Source: Chloroflexota bacterium (GTDB lineage: Bacteria; Chloroflexota; Limnocylindria; P2-11E). Taken from it: a stretch of 50,561 nucleotides of DNA. The stretch lies in assembly GCA_005880575.1 (NCBI GenBank), contig VBIZ01000118.1, positions 1-50,561 on the forward strand, read 5' to 3'. A model generated the notes under the pieces. The model ran no database searches, was not told the DNA's origin, and saw nothing but the letters and a program-made list of their open reading frames with translations. Shown here one piece after another: positions 9,728 through 18,516 of the stretch (the stretch's first letter is position 1; each line of letters begins with the position of its first letter). The translations under genes were made by a program, and so were the position numbers.

Positions 9728-10636
9728 ATGTTCGACCGTCTGCTCCACGGATCGGCGTTCTGGGGCTGGCGCGTCGGCGCGTCGCTGGCGCAGCGCCTGC
9801 CCTCGTGGATCACCTACCCCGCCGCCGTGGTCGGTGGCGAGATCGCGTATCTCCTCTGGGTCGGTCGGCGCAGGGTCGCCAAGCAGAACTTCGCCGTCGT
9901 GCTCGCCCTCCCGGCGGGCGACCGCGAGGTCGCACGCGTGGCGCGGCGCTCATTCCGCAACTTCGCGAAATACCTCGTCGAGATCATGCGGTTCCCGAGC
10001 CTTGAGACTGAAGACTTCGCGAAGCTGGTCACGGTCGATCCGCGCTCGTGGTCGTATTTTCGAGCCGCCCGAGAGCACGGGCGCGGCCTGATCTTCGTGT
10101 CCATGCATTTCGGCAACTTCGAGATCGGCGGCGCGCGGATCGCCGACGAGATCCCGCTGAACGTCATCGCCGACGAGCTCGAGAACCAGCGCCTCATGGA
10201 TCTTCTCGTCGCGAACCGCGCGCACAAGAACGTGAGGCTGCTGCCACCCGAAGGAGCCGTACGCCAGGTCCTCCAGGCCCTTCGCCGCAACGAGATGGTG
10301 GGTCTCATGATGGACCTCGGGCCGCGAGCGAAAGAGCTGGACAACGTCGAGGTCATGTTCTTCGGCGAGCTCACCGCGTTCCCGACCATCGCCGCGAACC
10401 TCGCCCGAGTCTCGGGCGCGCCGATCGTGGTCGCGGCGGTGACGAGGGAGCGCGACAACACCTTCCGCGGCGTCGCGCTGCCGCCCATCTTCGTCGAACG
10501 GACCAAGCAGGCCGCCCACGACATCGAGCACACCACGCAGGCGATCGTCCACGGCCTCGAGCAGCTCGTCCGCGGCGATCCCGACCAGTGGTACATATTC
10601 CGCCCCATGTGGACCCGGCCCGAAGGCACCGCTTAG
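9728..10636 (+). CDS. Lipid acyltransferase (PatA/LpxL family)
   Basis: HFGNFE (HX4E catalytic motif), V.FFG, PDQWYIFRPMW. Confidence 0.88.
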   Translation: MFDRLLHGSAFWGWRVGASLAQRLPSWITYPAAVVGGEIAYLLWVGRRRVAKQNFAVVLALPAGDREVARVARRSFRNFAKYLVEIMRFPSLETEDFAKLVTVDPRSWSYFRAAREHGRGLIFVSMHFGNFEIGGARIADEIPLNVIADELENQRLMDLLVANRAHKNVRLLPPEGAVRQVLQALRRNEMVGLMMDLGPRAKELDNVEVMFFGELTAFPTIAANLARVSGAPIVVAAVTRERDNTFRGVALPPIFVERTKQAAHDIEHTTQAIVHGLEQLVRGDPDQWYIFRPMWTRPEGTA

Positions 10637-10639
10637 ACC

Positions 10640-11491
10640 ATGGGCGCGACGCGGGCGCTCGCGAGGGCGGCCGAGCGGGTCCTGCCGCGGGTTCCGCCCG
10701 AGTGGCAGGGGCCGATATCCGAAGTCGTTGGAACGATCGCGTATCTCGCGGCGCCGCGCGGCCGCGCCGCCGTCCGCGCGAACCTCGCCACGATCGCGCC
10801 AGGGCGGGCGCTCAGCGCGCGCCGGGTGTTCGTGAACCAGGTCCTGCAGTACCTCGAGGTGTTCCACATACCGCGCCTTGATCGCGCCCGCTTCGAGGCG
10901 GTCGTCCGTGTCGAGGGTTGGGAGAACTTCCTGTGCGCCCAGCGTCTTGGCAAAGGTGTGATCTTTGGCAGCGCGCACCTCGGACCGATCGCACTCGTCG
11001 GCCAGGTGCTCATGACGCGCGGCTACACCCTCACGCTTCCCGCCGAAAAGACCGACTCCGAGTTCATGCGCGCCGTGAATCGCGCGCGGCAGGCGCAGGG
11101 GCTCGTGCTCGTGCCGATCGATTCGGCGCTCGGGATCCATCGGGTGATCCGCGACAGCGGAGTGCTCGGGGTCCTCGCCGACCGTGCGGTCACCGGCGTG
11201 GGCCAACGGGTCGAGTTTTTCGGGCGGCCGGCGTTACTCCCGTCCGCGCACGTCGCGCTCGCGCTCCGTACCGGCGCGGCCCTGCTTCCTGCCTTCGCCT
11301 GGCGCGAGAAGGGCTTCCTCGTCGCGCGGATCGAGGAGCCGCTCGAGCTCGTGTCGACGGGGGACCGCGACGCCGACGTTCGCGCCGGCGTGCGCCAGTT
11401 CGCCGCCCATCTCGAGCGCTACGTCAAAGAGCACCCCGAGCAGTGGTCGGTCTTCGAGCCGGTTTGGGATTCCGACAAGCCAGATGAATGA
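10640..11491 (+). CDS. Second PatA/LpxL-family acyltransferase with degenerate catalytic motif
   Basis: GKGVIFGSAHLGPIA, LADR, VEFFGRPA, PEQWSVFEPVW. Confidence 0.85.
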   Translation: MGATRALARAAERVLPRVPPEWQGPISEVVGTIAYLAAPRGRAAVRANLATIAPGRALSARRVFVNQVLQYLEVFHIPRLDRARFEAVVRVEGWENFLCAQRLGKGVIFGSAHLGPIALVGQVLMTRGYTLTLPAEKTDSEFMRAVNRARQAQGLVLVPIDSALGIHRVIRDSGVLGVLADRAVTGVGQRVEFFGRPALLPSAHVALALRTGAALLPAFAWREKGFLVARIEEPLELVSTGDRDADVRAGVRQFAAHLERYVKEHPEQWSVFEPVWDSDKPDE

Positions 11492-11582
11492 GCGACGAGG
11501 GGTTCACCCCCGAGGAGCGAGTCCGGCAGCCTTGAGCCCGTGGCGAGTCACGGAGCCCAGGGCGACGGGACGAGCTGCTTAA

Positions 11583-12329
11583 TTGGGTAGGGCTGATCTG
11601 CACATGCACAGCGAGCTGAGCGACGGCCTGTCGTCCATCGACGAGATCCTCCATTCCGCGGAGCGGGCCGGGCTCGACGTCATCGCGCTCACCGATCACG
11701 ACGACGTCCGCGGCGCGTTCGCGATGCGCGAGCTCGCCGCGCGGCGCTCGAGCCCCGTCGAGGTGGTGACGGGAGCGGAGGTCACGACGCGATCCGGCCA
11801 CCTTCTCGCCCTCTGGATCGAGGACGAGATACCGATGTTCTGCTCGCTCGCGCAGGCGCTCGACTTGATTCACAAGGCCGGCGGCATCGCGATCGCGCCG
11901 CATCCGCTCTCGTACCTCACGTTCTCCATCGGCGAGGGCGCCCTCCGACAGGTCTCGGCGCACGGCGACGGCGCACGGATGGTCGACGCGATCGAGCTGC
12001 GCAATCCGTCGTACGCGGGGCGCGTCCGCGCTTCTCGCGCGCTGTGGCTGAACACGCACGTGCTCCGCGTCGCGGCGACCGGATCGAGCGACGCCCATCA
12101 CGCGGCGCTCGTGGGCACGTGCTGGACCGACTTTTCGGGAGACACCTCGGAGGACCTGCGGACCGCCCTCCGAGCGCACCAGACGACGGCGAACGGCCGA
12201 GGCTGGACGCTGCGCGAGCACCTTGACGGCGCCGCCAAGCAGCAGTGGCGATCGATGGTCCGCGACCCGATCAAGCGCGCCCGACGCACAATGACCCGCG
12301 CTGGGGGCGTCAAGAACAAGAAGAAATGA
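11583..12329 (+). CDS. PHP-domain metallophosphoesterase
   Basis: DLHMHS..SDG, ALTDHD, GAEVTT..GH, APHP, GSSDAH metal-ligand motifs all present; TTG start. Confidence 0.9.
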   Translation: MGRADLHMHSELSDGLSSIDEILHSAERAGLDVIALTDHDDVRGAFAMRELAARRSSPVEVVTGAEVTTRSGHLLALWIEDEIPMFCSLAQALDLIHKAGGIAIAPHPLSYLTFSIGEGALRQVSAHGDGARMVDAIELRNPSYAGRVRASRALWLNTHVLRVAATGSSDAHHAALVGTCWTDFSGDTSEDLRTALRAHQTTANGRGWTLREHLDGAAKQQWRSMVRDPIKRARRTMTRAGGVKNKKK

Positions 12330-12336
12330 AGCGCAC

Positions 12337-13452
12337 ATGAAGATCGGGATCGTCTCGCCCTACGCGTACCCGCGGCCGGGCGGAGCGAACTCATACATCC
12401 GCGAGAGCTATGAGGAGCTGCGCCGCTTGGGGCACGACGTCCGGATCATCACCGCGCCGTGGGGCGACGACCCGCCGGCTCAGGACGTCATCCAGATCGG
12501 CCAGGCGATCGCCGTTCCGTACAACGGCGCGATCGGCCGGATCACGCTGTCCCTGCGGCTCGAGTGGCTCGTGTCGCGCATGCTCGACCGCGAGCGGTTC
12601 GACATCATCCATCATCACGAGCCGCTCGTCCCTTTTCTCTCGATGCAGATACTCGACTCGGCGCGTTGCCCGCAGGTCGCGACGTTCCACGCCTTCGGGG
12701 GCTTCTCTTTCTCTTACTGGGCCGGCCGGCCGATCGGCAACCGGTACATGAACAAGCTCGATGCGCGGATCGCGGTGTCGAGCGCCGCGCGCCATTTCAT
12801 CTCAACCTACTTCCCCGGTGACTACAAGATCATCCCGAACGGCGTCGACGTGCAGTTCTACTCGAGCGCCAAGCCCTTCCCGGAATACAACGACGGCAAG
12901 ATCAACATCCTGTTCGTCGGCCGGCTGGAGCCGCGGAAGGGCGCGATGTACCTCATGGAGGCCTACGCGAAGCTCAAGCCGAAGCATCCGGAGCTTCGCT
13001 TGATCCTCTGCAGTGTCGGACCGCTGCTCGGGAGGCTCCGACGGTTCGTCCGCGAAAATCGCCTCGAGGACGTCCTTTTCGCGGGTCGCGTCTCCGACGT
13101 CGACAAGGCCCGCTTCTACAAGACGGCGCACATCTTCTGCGCGCCATCCACCGGTCAGGAGTCCTTCGGGATCGTCCTCCTCGAGGCCATGGCTGCGGGG
13201 CTGCCGGTCGTCGCGAGCGACATCCACGGGTACAAGCGTGTCGTACAGCGAAATGTCACCGGCCTCCTGGTCGAGCCCCGGGACCCCGACTCCATCGCGG
13301 CGGCTCTCGAACGGCTGCTCTGCGAGCCCGCCCTGCGCGAGCGGCTGGGCCAGGCCGGCGCCAGGCTCGCGCCCCAGTACGACTGGTCGCACGTCACGGC
13401 GCAGCTCGTTGAACTCTACGAAGACGTCATCCGTAAGAGAGGCGTGCGCTAG
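12337..13452 (+). CDS. pimA: GT4 glycosyltransferase, phosphatidylinositol alpha-mannosyltransferase (PimA)-like
   Basis: MKIGIVSPY..PGG, HHHEP, VATFH, RIAVS, IPNGVD, GRLEPRKG, APSTGQESFGIVLLEAMAAG follow the PimA motif series; genomic context with pgsA and patA-like genes. Confidence 0.8.
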   Translation: MKIGIVSPYAYPRPGGANSYIRESYEELRRLGHDVRIITAPWGDDPPAQDVIQIGQAIAVPYNGAIGRITLSLRLEWLVSRMLDRERFDIIHHHEPLVPFLSMQILDSARCPQVATFHAFGGFSFSYWAGRPIGNRYMNKLDARIAVSSAARHFISTYFPGDYKIIPNGVDVQFYSSAKPFPEYNDGKINILFVGRLEPRKGAMYLMEAYAKLKPKHPELRLILCSVGPLLGRLRRFVRENRLEDVLFAGRVSDVDKARFYKTAHIFCAPSTGQESFGIVLLEAMAAGLPVVASDIHGYKRVVQRNVTGLLVEPRDPDSIAAALERLLCEPALRERLGQAGARLAPQYDWSHVTAQLVELYEDVIRKRGVR

Positions 13453-13469
13453 AGTCTCGGCCCGAGGGG

Positions 13470-15131
13470 GTGGTCCTCGTGTTCAACCGTCAGATCGCCG
13501 CGTTTTCGGTCGCGCTCGCTCTCTTGCTCGCGGCCTGCACGCCGGCACCCAAGGGCAGCGGCAGCTCGCCGACCCAGTCGGGGGCCGCCGCCGAGCAGCC
13601 GCAGCCGGGTGGAACGCTCACCTTCATCGTGAACGCAGAGCCGCCGTCGTTCGATGGGCACCGCGAAACGACGTTCGCGCTGCTGCATCCGATCGCGCCG
13701 CACTACAGCACGCTGTACAAGTTCGACCCGACCGACCTTACGAAGGTCATCCCCGACGTCGCTGCGGCGACGCCCGAGGTCTCCGCCGACAAGCTGACGT
13801 ACACGATCAAGCTCCGCACCGACGTGAAGTTCCACGATGGCACGAAGATGACGAGCGATGACATCGTCGCGACGTACCAGAAGATCATCTTCCCGCCGAC
13901 CGGTGTGCTCTCGCCGCGCGCGGGCGCGTACGCCGCGGTCGAGACCATCAGCAATCCGGCGCCCGACAGCGTCGTCTTCAAGCTGAAGTACCCCTCCGCC
14001 TCGTTCGCCACGAACCTCGCCTCGCCGTGGAACTTTATCTACAGCGCGGCGAAGCTGAAGACGGACATCCACTGGTACGAGAAGAACATCATGGGCACGG
14101 GCCCGTTCACATACGTCTCGAACACCAAGGGACAGGACTGGGTCGGCAAGAAATTCGCCGACTACTTCGGCAAGGACAAGAGCGGCGTCCAACTGCCCTA
14201 CCTCGACGGGTACAAGGCGCTCATCATCACCGATGCGAACGCCGAGGTGAACGCGATCCGGAGCAAGCAGGCTTCGATCGAATTCCGCGGCTTCACTCCG
14301 CAGCAGCGCGACACCCTCTCAGGTGCGCTCGGGACCTCGCTCGCGATCCAGGAAGCGCCGTGGATCTGCGTGAACTACGTCGTTCCAAACACCAAGAAGA
14401 AGCCGTTTGACGACGTTCGCGTTCGCCAGGCACTCACGCTCGCGATCGACCGCTATGCGGGTAGCACGTCGCTCCAGAAGATCACAATCGTGAAGGACGT
14501 CGGCGGGCTCATGCGGCCCAAGGGGCCGTTCGCGCAAGCCGATGGCGACCTTCAGAAGATCGCGGGCTTCGGCACCGACGGTGCGGCCAACAAAGCGAAG
14601 GCCAAGCAGCTTCTCGCCGATGCGGGCCAGTCGAACCTCACCTTCAAGTTCCTGAATCGCAACATCACCACGCCGTACGAGCCGGTCGCGCTCTTCGTGA
14701 TCGACCAGTGGAAGCAGGTCGGCATCAACGCCACCCACGACGTGAAGGAGACCTCCGCGTACCAGGCCGACCTGCGCGCCGGCAACTTCGAGGTTGCGCT
14801 CGACTTCAACTGCGACTTCCTCGACGAGCCGGACCTGCAGCTCGCGAAGTTCTGGTCCGCGTCCGGACTCGGCAAGGGCCTGAACTTCGCGTACTACGAC
14901 GACCCGGACCTCGACAAGAAGATCGACGCCCAGAGCCGGGAGACCGACCCGGCCAAGCGCAAGACGCTCGTGGCCGACATCGAGAAGTACGCGATGGACA
15001 CGAAGGCCTACCAGTACCCCGTGCTCTGGTGGTATCGGATCATTCCGTACCTCAACGCCGTGCGCGGTTGGCGCATCGGTTCGAACCACTACACCAACCA
15101 GGACCTCGCGACCGTCTGGCTCGCGAAATAA
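13470..15131 (+). CDS. ABC transporter substrate-binding lipoprotein, family 5 (Dpp/Opp-like)
   Basis: Lipobox LLAAC, GGTL, KFHDG, GTGPF, PFDDVRVRQAL. Confidence 0.93.
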   Translation: MVLVFNRQIAAFSVALALLLAACTPAPKGSGSSPTQSGAAAEQPQPGGTLTFIVNAEPPSFDGHRETTFALLHPIAPHYSTLYKFDPTDLTKVIPDVAAATPEVSADKLTYTIKLRTDVKFHDGTKMTSDDIVATYQKIIFPPTGVLSPRAGAYAAVETISNPAPDSVVFKLKYPSASFATNLASPWNFIYSAAKLKTDIHWYEKNIMGTGPFTYVSNTKGQDWVGKKFADYFGKDKSGVQLPYLDGYKALIITDANAEVNAIRSKQASIEFRGFTPQQRDTLSGALGTSLAIQEAPWICVNYVVPNTKKKPFDDVRVRQALTLAIDRYAGSTSLQKITIVKDVGGLMRPKGPFAQADGDLQKIAGFGTDGAANKAKAKQLLADAGQSNLTFKFLNRNITTPYEPVALFVIDQWKQVGINATHDVKETSAYQADLRAGNFEVALDFNCDFLDEPDLQLAKFWSASGLGKGLNFAYYDDPDLDKKIDAQSRETDPAKRKTLVADIEKYAMDTKAYQYPVLWWYRIIPYLNAVRGWRIGSNHYTNQDLATVWLAK

Positions 15132-15171
15132 CCAACTAGCGAACTAACGGGAGCCGCCCGAGACTTACCGG

Positions 15172-16119
15172 ATGCGCCGGTACGTCGTCGGGCGGCTCGT
15201 CCTCATGATTCCGACGCTCGTCGGCGTCGCCATCCTGACGTTCGTCATCATGCGCGCGGTCCCAGGCGACATCGTCGCGCTCAAATACGCGGGTTCGCCG
15301 GTGCCGCAGTCCGTGATCGACGACGAGCGTCATCAGCTCGGTCTGGACAAACCCATGTGGGAGCAGTTCACCGACTGGATGGGAGAGCTCGCACATTTCG
15401 ATCTCGGTACGTCGCTCTGGACCGGCCGTCCGGTCGTCGACGAGGTCTTGGCGCGCTTTCCGCTCTCGCTCGAGCTCGCCATCATCGCGACCCTCCTGGC
15501 CATCGCGATCGCCATCCCGCTCGGCGTCGTCGCCGCGGTGCGCCAGGACAGCTGGGTCGACTACGCGATCCGCCTTTTCTCGATCGGCGGCCTGGCAATG
15601 CCGAGCTTCTGGATCGGTCTGCTCATGGTGCTCGCGACGATCACGCTCTTCGGCTGGGCGCCGCCGCTCGTTTTCACCGCGATCACGGAAGATCCCATCG
15701 CGAACCTCTCGCAGATGGTCCTTCCGGCGCTGTCGGTCGGCTATCGCTACTCGGCGGTGTCGATGCGCATGACGCGCTCGACGGTCCTCGAGGTCCTGCG
15801 GGAGGACTACGTCCGCACGGCACGCGCGAAGGGCGTGCGCGAGAGCGTCGTCGTCATGAGACACGCGCTGCGGAACGCGCTCCTGCCGGTCATCACGGTG
15901 ATCAGCCTGGAGTTCGCGTTCCTGATCGGCGGTCTCGTCGTCACCGAGCAGGTGTTCAACCTGAACGGCATCGGCAAGCTCCTCGTCGACGCCGTCGCCC
16001 ATCGCGACTACACCCTTGTCCAGGCCCTGGTGCTGCTCCTCGCATCGGTGTTCGTGCTGATCAACTTCGTCGTCGACATGATCTACGTCGTCCTGGATCC
16101 TCGTATCAGGTACTCGTGA
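15172..16119 (+). CDS. ABC permease (DppB/OppB-like)
   Basis: VPGD, DLGTS, LEVLREDYVRTARAKG, HALRNA, LDPRI. Confidence 0.95.
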   Translation: MRRYVVGRLVLMIPTLVGVAILTFVIMRAVPGDIVALKYAGSPVPQSVIDDERHQLGLDKPMWEQFTDWMGELAHFDLGTSLWTGRPVVDEVLARFPLSLELAIIATLLAIAIAIPLGVVAAVRQDSWVDYAIRLFSIGGLAMPSFWIGLLMVLATITLFGWAPPLVFTAITEDPIANLSQMVLPALSVGYRYSAVSMRMTRSTVLEVLREDYVRTARAKGVRESVVVMRHALRNALLPVITVISLEFAFLIGGLVVTEQVFNLNGIGKLLVDAVAHRDYTLVQALVLLLASVFVLINFVVDMIYVVLDPRIRYS

Positions 16120-17048
16120 CGGAGCTGGCGCACCCGGCGGTGCGCGATACCGAAGACGCCGCCAAACGCCGGTACCTCGAGTCCACCGGAACGCGCCGGT
16201 TCCTGCGGTTCTGGGGCGAATTCATCCGTCGCCGTCCGCTCGGAACGGCGGGCGCCATCCTCATCATCCTCATGCTGCTGACCGCGGCGCTCGCGGACCG
16301 CGTCGCACCGTACGACCCGACCGCATTCAATTTTGCCGACCTCCTGCAGAGGCCGTCGCCGCAGCATCTTCTCGGAACCGACCCGTTCGGACGGGACGTT
16401 TTCACGCGGATCGTTTACGGCTCCCGCACCGCGCTCCTCGTCGGGTTCACGGCGTCGTTCGTCGGTTGCACGCTCGGGCTGGTGCTGGGTGTGGTCGGCG
16501 CCTACCTCGGCGGGCGGGTGGATCAGCTCATCCAGCGGCTCATGGACGTCCTGCTGAGCTTCCCGCTCATCGTCATCGCCATCGCCGTCGTCGCGGCACT
16601 CGGGACCGGCGAGGGCAAGATTGGCAACGTCATCGCGGCGATCACCGTCCCCATCATTCCCCGCGTCGCCCGGGTCGTGCGATCGAGCGCGCTCAGCATC
16701 GTGAACATGCCGTACATCGAGGCGACCCGCGCCGTCGGTTCGGGCGCGGTCCGCATCATGTTCCGACACGTCGCACCGAACGTGTTCGCGCCGTACCTCA
16801 TCATGCTGACCGCGTTCCTCGGGCAGGCGATCCTGCTCGAGGCCTCGCTCTCGTTCCTCGGGCTCGGCGTGTTCGAGCCGACGCCGTCGTGGGGGCTCAT
16901 GCTGCGAGGCGCCGGCATGCAGTTCCTCGAGCAGGCGCCGTGGCTCGCGATCGCGCCCGGCGTCGCGATCAGCCTCGCGGTCTTCGGCTTCAACCTGTTC
17001 GGCGACTCGCTGCGCGACGCGCTCGATCCGCGCCTCCGAACCGCCTAG
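16116..17048 (+). CDS. ABC permease (DppC/OppC-like)
   Basis: C-terminal part of ORF 15357..17048; GTGA overlap at 16116; HLLGTDPFGRD, YIEATRAVG, SLSFLGLG, GDSLRDALDP. Confidence 0.94.
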   Translation: MTELAHPAVRDTEDAAKRRYLESTGTRRFLRFWGEFIRRRPLGTAGAILIILMLLTAALADRVAPYDPTAFNFADLLQRPSPQHLLGTDPFGRDVFTRIVYGSRTALLVGFTASFVGCTLGLVLGVVGAYLGGRVDQLIQRLMDVLLSFPLIVIAIAVVAALGTGEGKIGNVIAAITVPIIPRVARVVRSSALSIVNMPYIEATRAVGSGAVRIMFRHVAPNVFAPYLIMLTAFLGQAILLEASLSFLGLGVFEPTPSWGLMLRGAGMQFLEQAPWLAIAPGVAISLAVFGFNLFGDSLRDALDPRLRTA

Positions 17049-17506
17049 CTAAAGTCCACCCAGCCCGCAGCCCCGCGACGCCTGCGGTCGTGGAGTGTGG
17101 CGAGGATCCAGGGCAGGCCGACCAAGACGAACCAGAACACGATGTCGCCGCCCAACCACTTTTGGACGAGCGCGGGACCTCCGTCGATGAGATTGCGCAG
17201 GACGCCGAGCGCGATCGCGGCGCTCCAACCCCCGTACCACGCGATCACGAAGCCTTGAGTCACGCTTGGCCGCCAGGCTGGAGGGATGCCGTATTCGTCG
17301 CGCAGCGTGGCAAGGGCTCCATAGGTCAAGCCGAGCCCCACGGGAAGCAGGACGGGAGTGACGCCGCCTGGGTTTCCGGCAGTCTGCGGTTGAAAAGGCG
17401 CGAGTACGACGGCAATCAAGATTGGGGCGCCTATGAGACCCAAGAACCAAGCGATAGACCACGTGATCAGGTGGTCAAGGAGCTTCCTTGAGCGAAGCGG
17501 CTCCAC
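17045..17506 (-). CDS. Hypothetical membrane protein (about 4 TMs)
   Basis: Hydrophobic C-terminal part of ORF 17045..17689; GTG 17506 with TAGCCT 8 nt upstream; locally lower GC. Confidence 0.6.
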   Translation of the reverse strand: MEPLRSRKLLDHLITWSIAWFLGLIGAPILIAVVLAPFQPQTAGNPGGVTPVLLPVGLGLTYGALATLRDEYGIPPAWRPSVTQGFVIAWYGGWSAAIALGVLRNLIDGGPALVQKWLGGDIVFWFVLVGLPWILATLHDRRRRGAAGWVDFS

Positions 17507-17531
17507 GGAGACGGAGGCTAACGGCGCGCGG

Positions 17532-18038
17532 TCACGATTCGGTCTCACCCGCGAGCTCTCCGCGAGGCTTCTGCGTCGCGAGCCGCAGAGCAGTGATGAC
17601 TTCCTGGCCGAGGTAGTACACCGGCCACAGCGGCGACTTCTGTCGCGTGATCTGTTCCTCTTTGTCTCGCGCGCCGCGGATCCCGTCATACGTGAGCACC
17701 GTGAACGAGACGGCCGCCTTGAGGACGGGCGGCGGTGAAGCCATGGGTACGAACATCTCGAGCGACTTCTCGACGAACGCCAAGAGCTTCCGGTTCTCGG
17801 CGCGCACAGACTCGTGCTCGCCGCCGCCGATGATGCCGCCCCCGGTGCTGAAGTAGAGGCTCGTCGAACCTTCGGCGACCGCGACCAGCGACACGACGTT
17901 CGTTCCGACGTGCCATTCCATCATCGCGGCCCAGACACGGGGCAGCTCCGGGGTGGGCGTGAGCCCGAAGTCAGACGGCTTGGCCGAGAGCAGCATCTCG
18001 CGGAGCGCCGGCGCGCCATCTTCCGGCCTATCGCTCAT
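17532..18038 (-). CDS. Hypothetical protein
   Basis: ATG 18038 overlaps the upstream gene end; globular-looking sequence (EGSTSLYFSTGGGIIGGGEH). Confidence 0.75.
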   Translation of the reverse strand: MSDRPEDGAPALREMLLSAKPSDFGLTPTPELPRVWAAMMEWHVGTNVVSLVAVAEGSTSLYFSTGGGIIGGGEHESVRAENRKLLAFVEKSLEMFVPMASPPPVLKAAVSFTVLTYDGIRGARDKEEQITRQKSPLWPVYYLGQEVITALRLATQKPRGELAGETES

Positions 18039-18516
18039 CGGCCGATCCCCGCTCCACTCCGGCACGGATCGCGGCCTCGAGCTCGTGAGGGTGTCGCGAT
18101 CCGATGAGCACGGGCATGCCCTTGCGCAGGCGAAGCTTCACGCCCACGTCGCCGCCGGTGGTGTATGCCCATCCGGCCGGCCCGAGACGCACGCCCCAGC
18201 CGCCGTAGTCGAAGAGCGGGCGGTAGCGCTTCACCTCGAGACCGACGATGTCCCCGAACGCGATGCGCCGGGTCGGCCACAGGTGGCGGAAGGCGATGGC
18301 CACACCGCCGTCGGTCACGTCGACGTCGAGATGCGACAGCGAGATGAGCGCGGCGACGAGCACGACCACGGCTGGCGCGATCGCGAGGAGCAGCGCGTCG
18401 CCGGGCCGCGAAAACACCACCGCGACCGTCGTGACGAAGACGACGAAGATCATCGCGAGCACGAGAAGACCCATGAGCATGTCGTGGAAGTGCTGCTCCT
18501 CGTGGTACCGGCTCAC
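18028..18516 (-). CDS. Hypothetical membrane protein (2 TMs plus PH-like domain)
   Basis: C-terminal part of ORF 18028..19545; GTGA overlap at 18516; YRPLFDYGGWGVR and VLIGSRHP motifs. Confidence 0.8.
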   Translation of the reverse strand: MSRYHEEQHFHDMLMGLLVLAMIFVVFVTTVAVVFSRPGDALLLAIAPAVVVLVAALISLSHLDVDVTDGGVAIAFRHLWPTRRIAFGDIVGLEVKRYRPLFDYGGWGVRLGPAGWAYTTGGDVGVKLRLRKGMPVLIGSRHPHELEAAIRAGVERGSADER

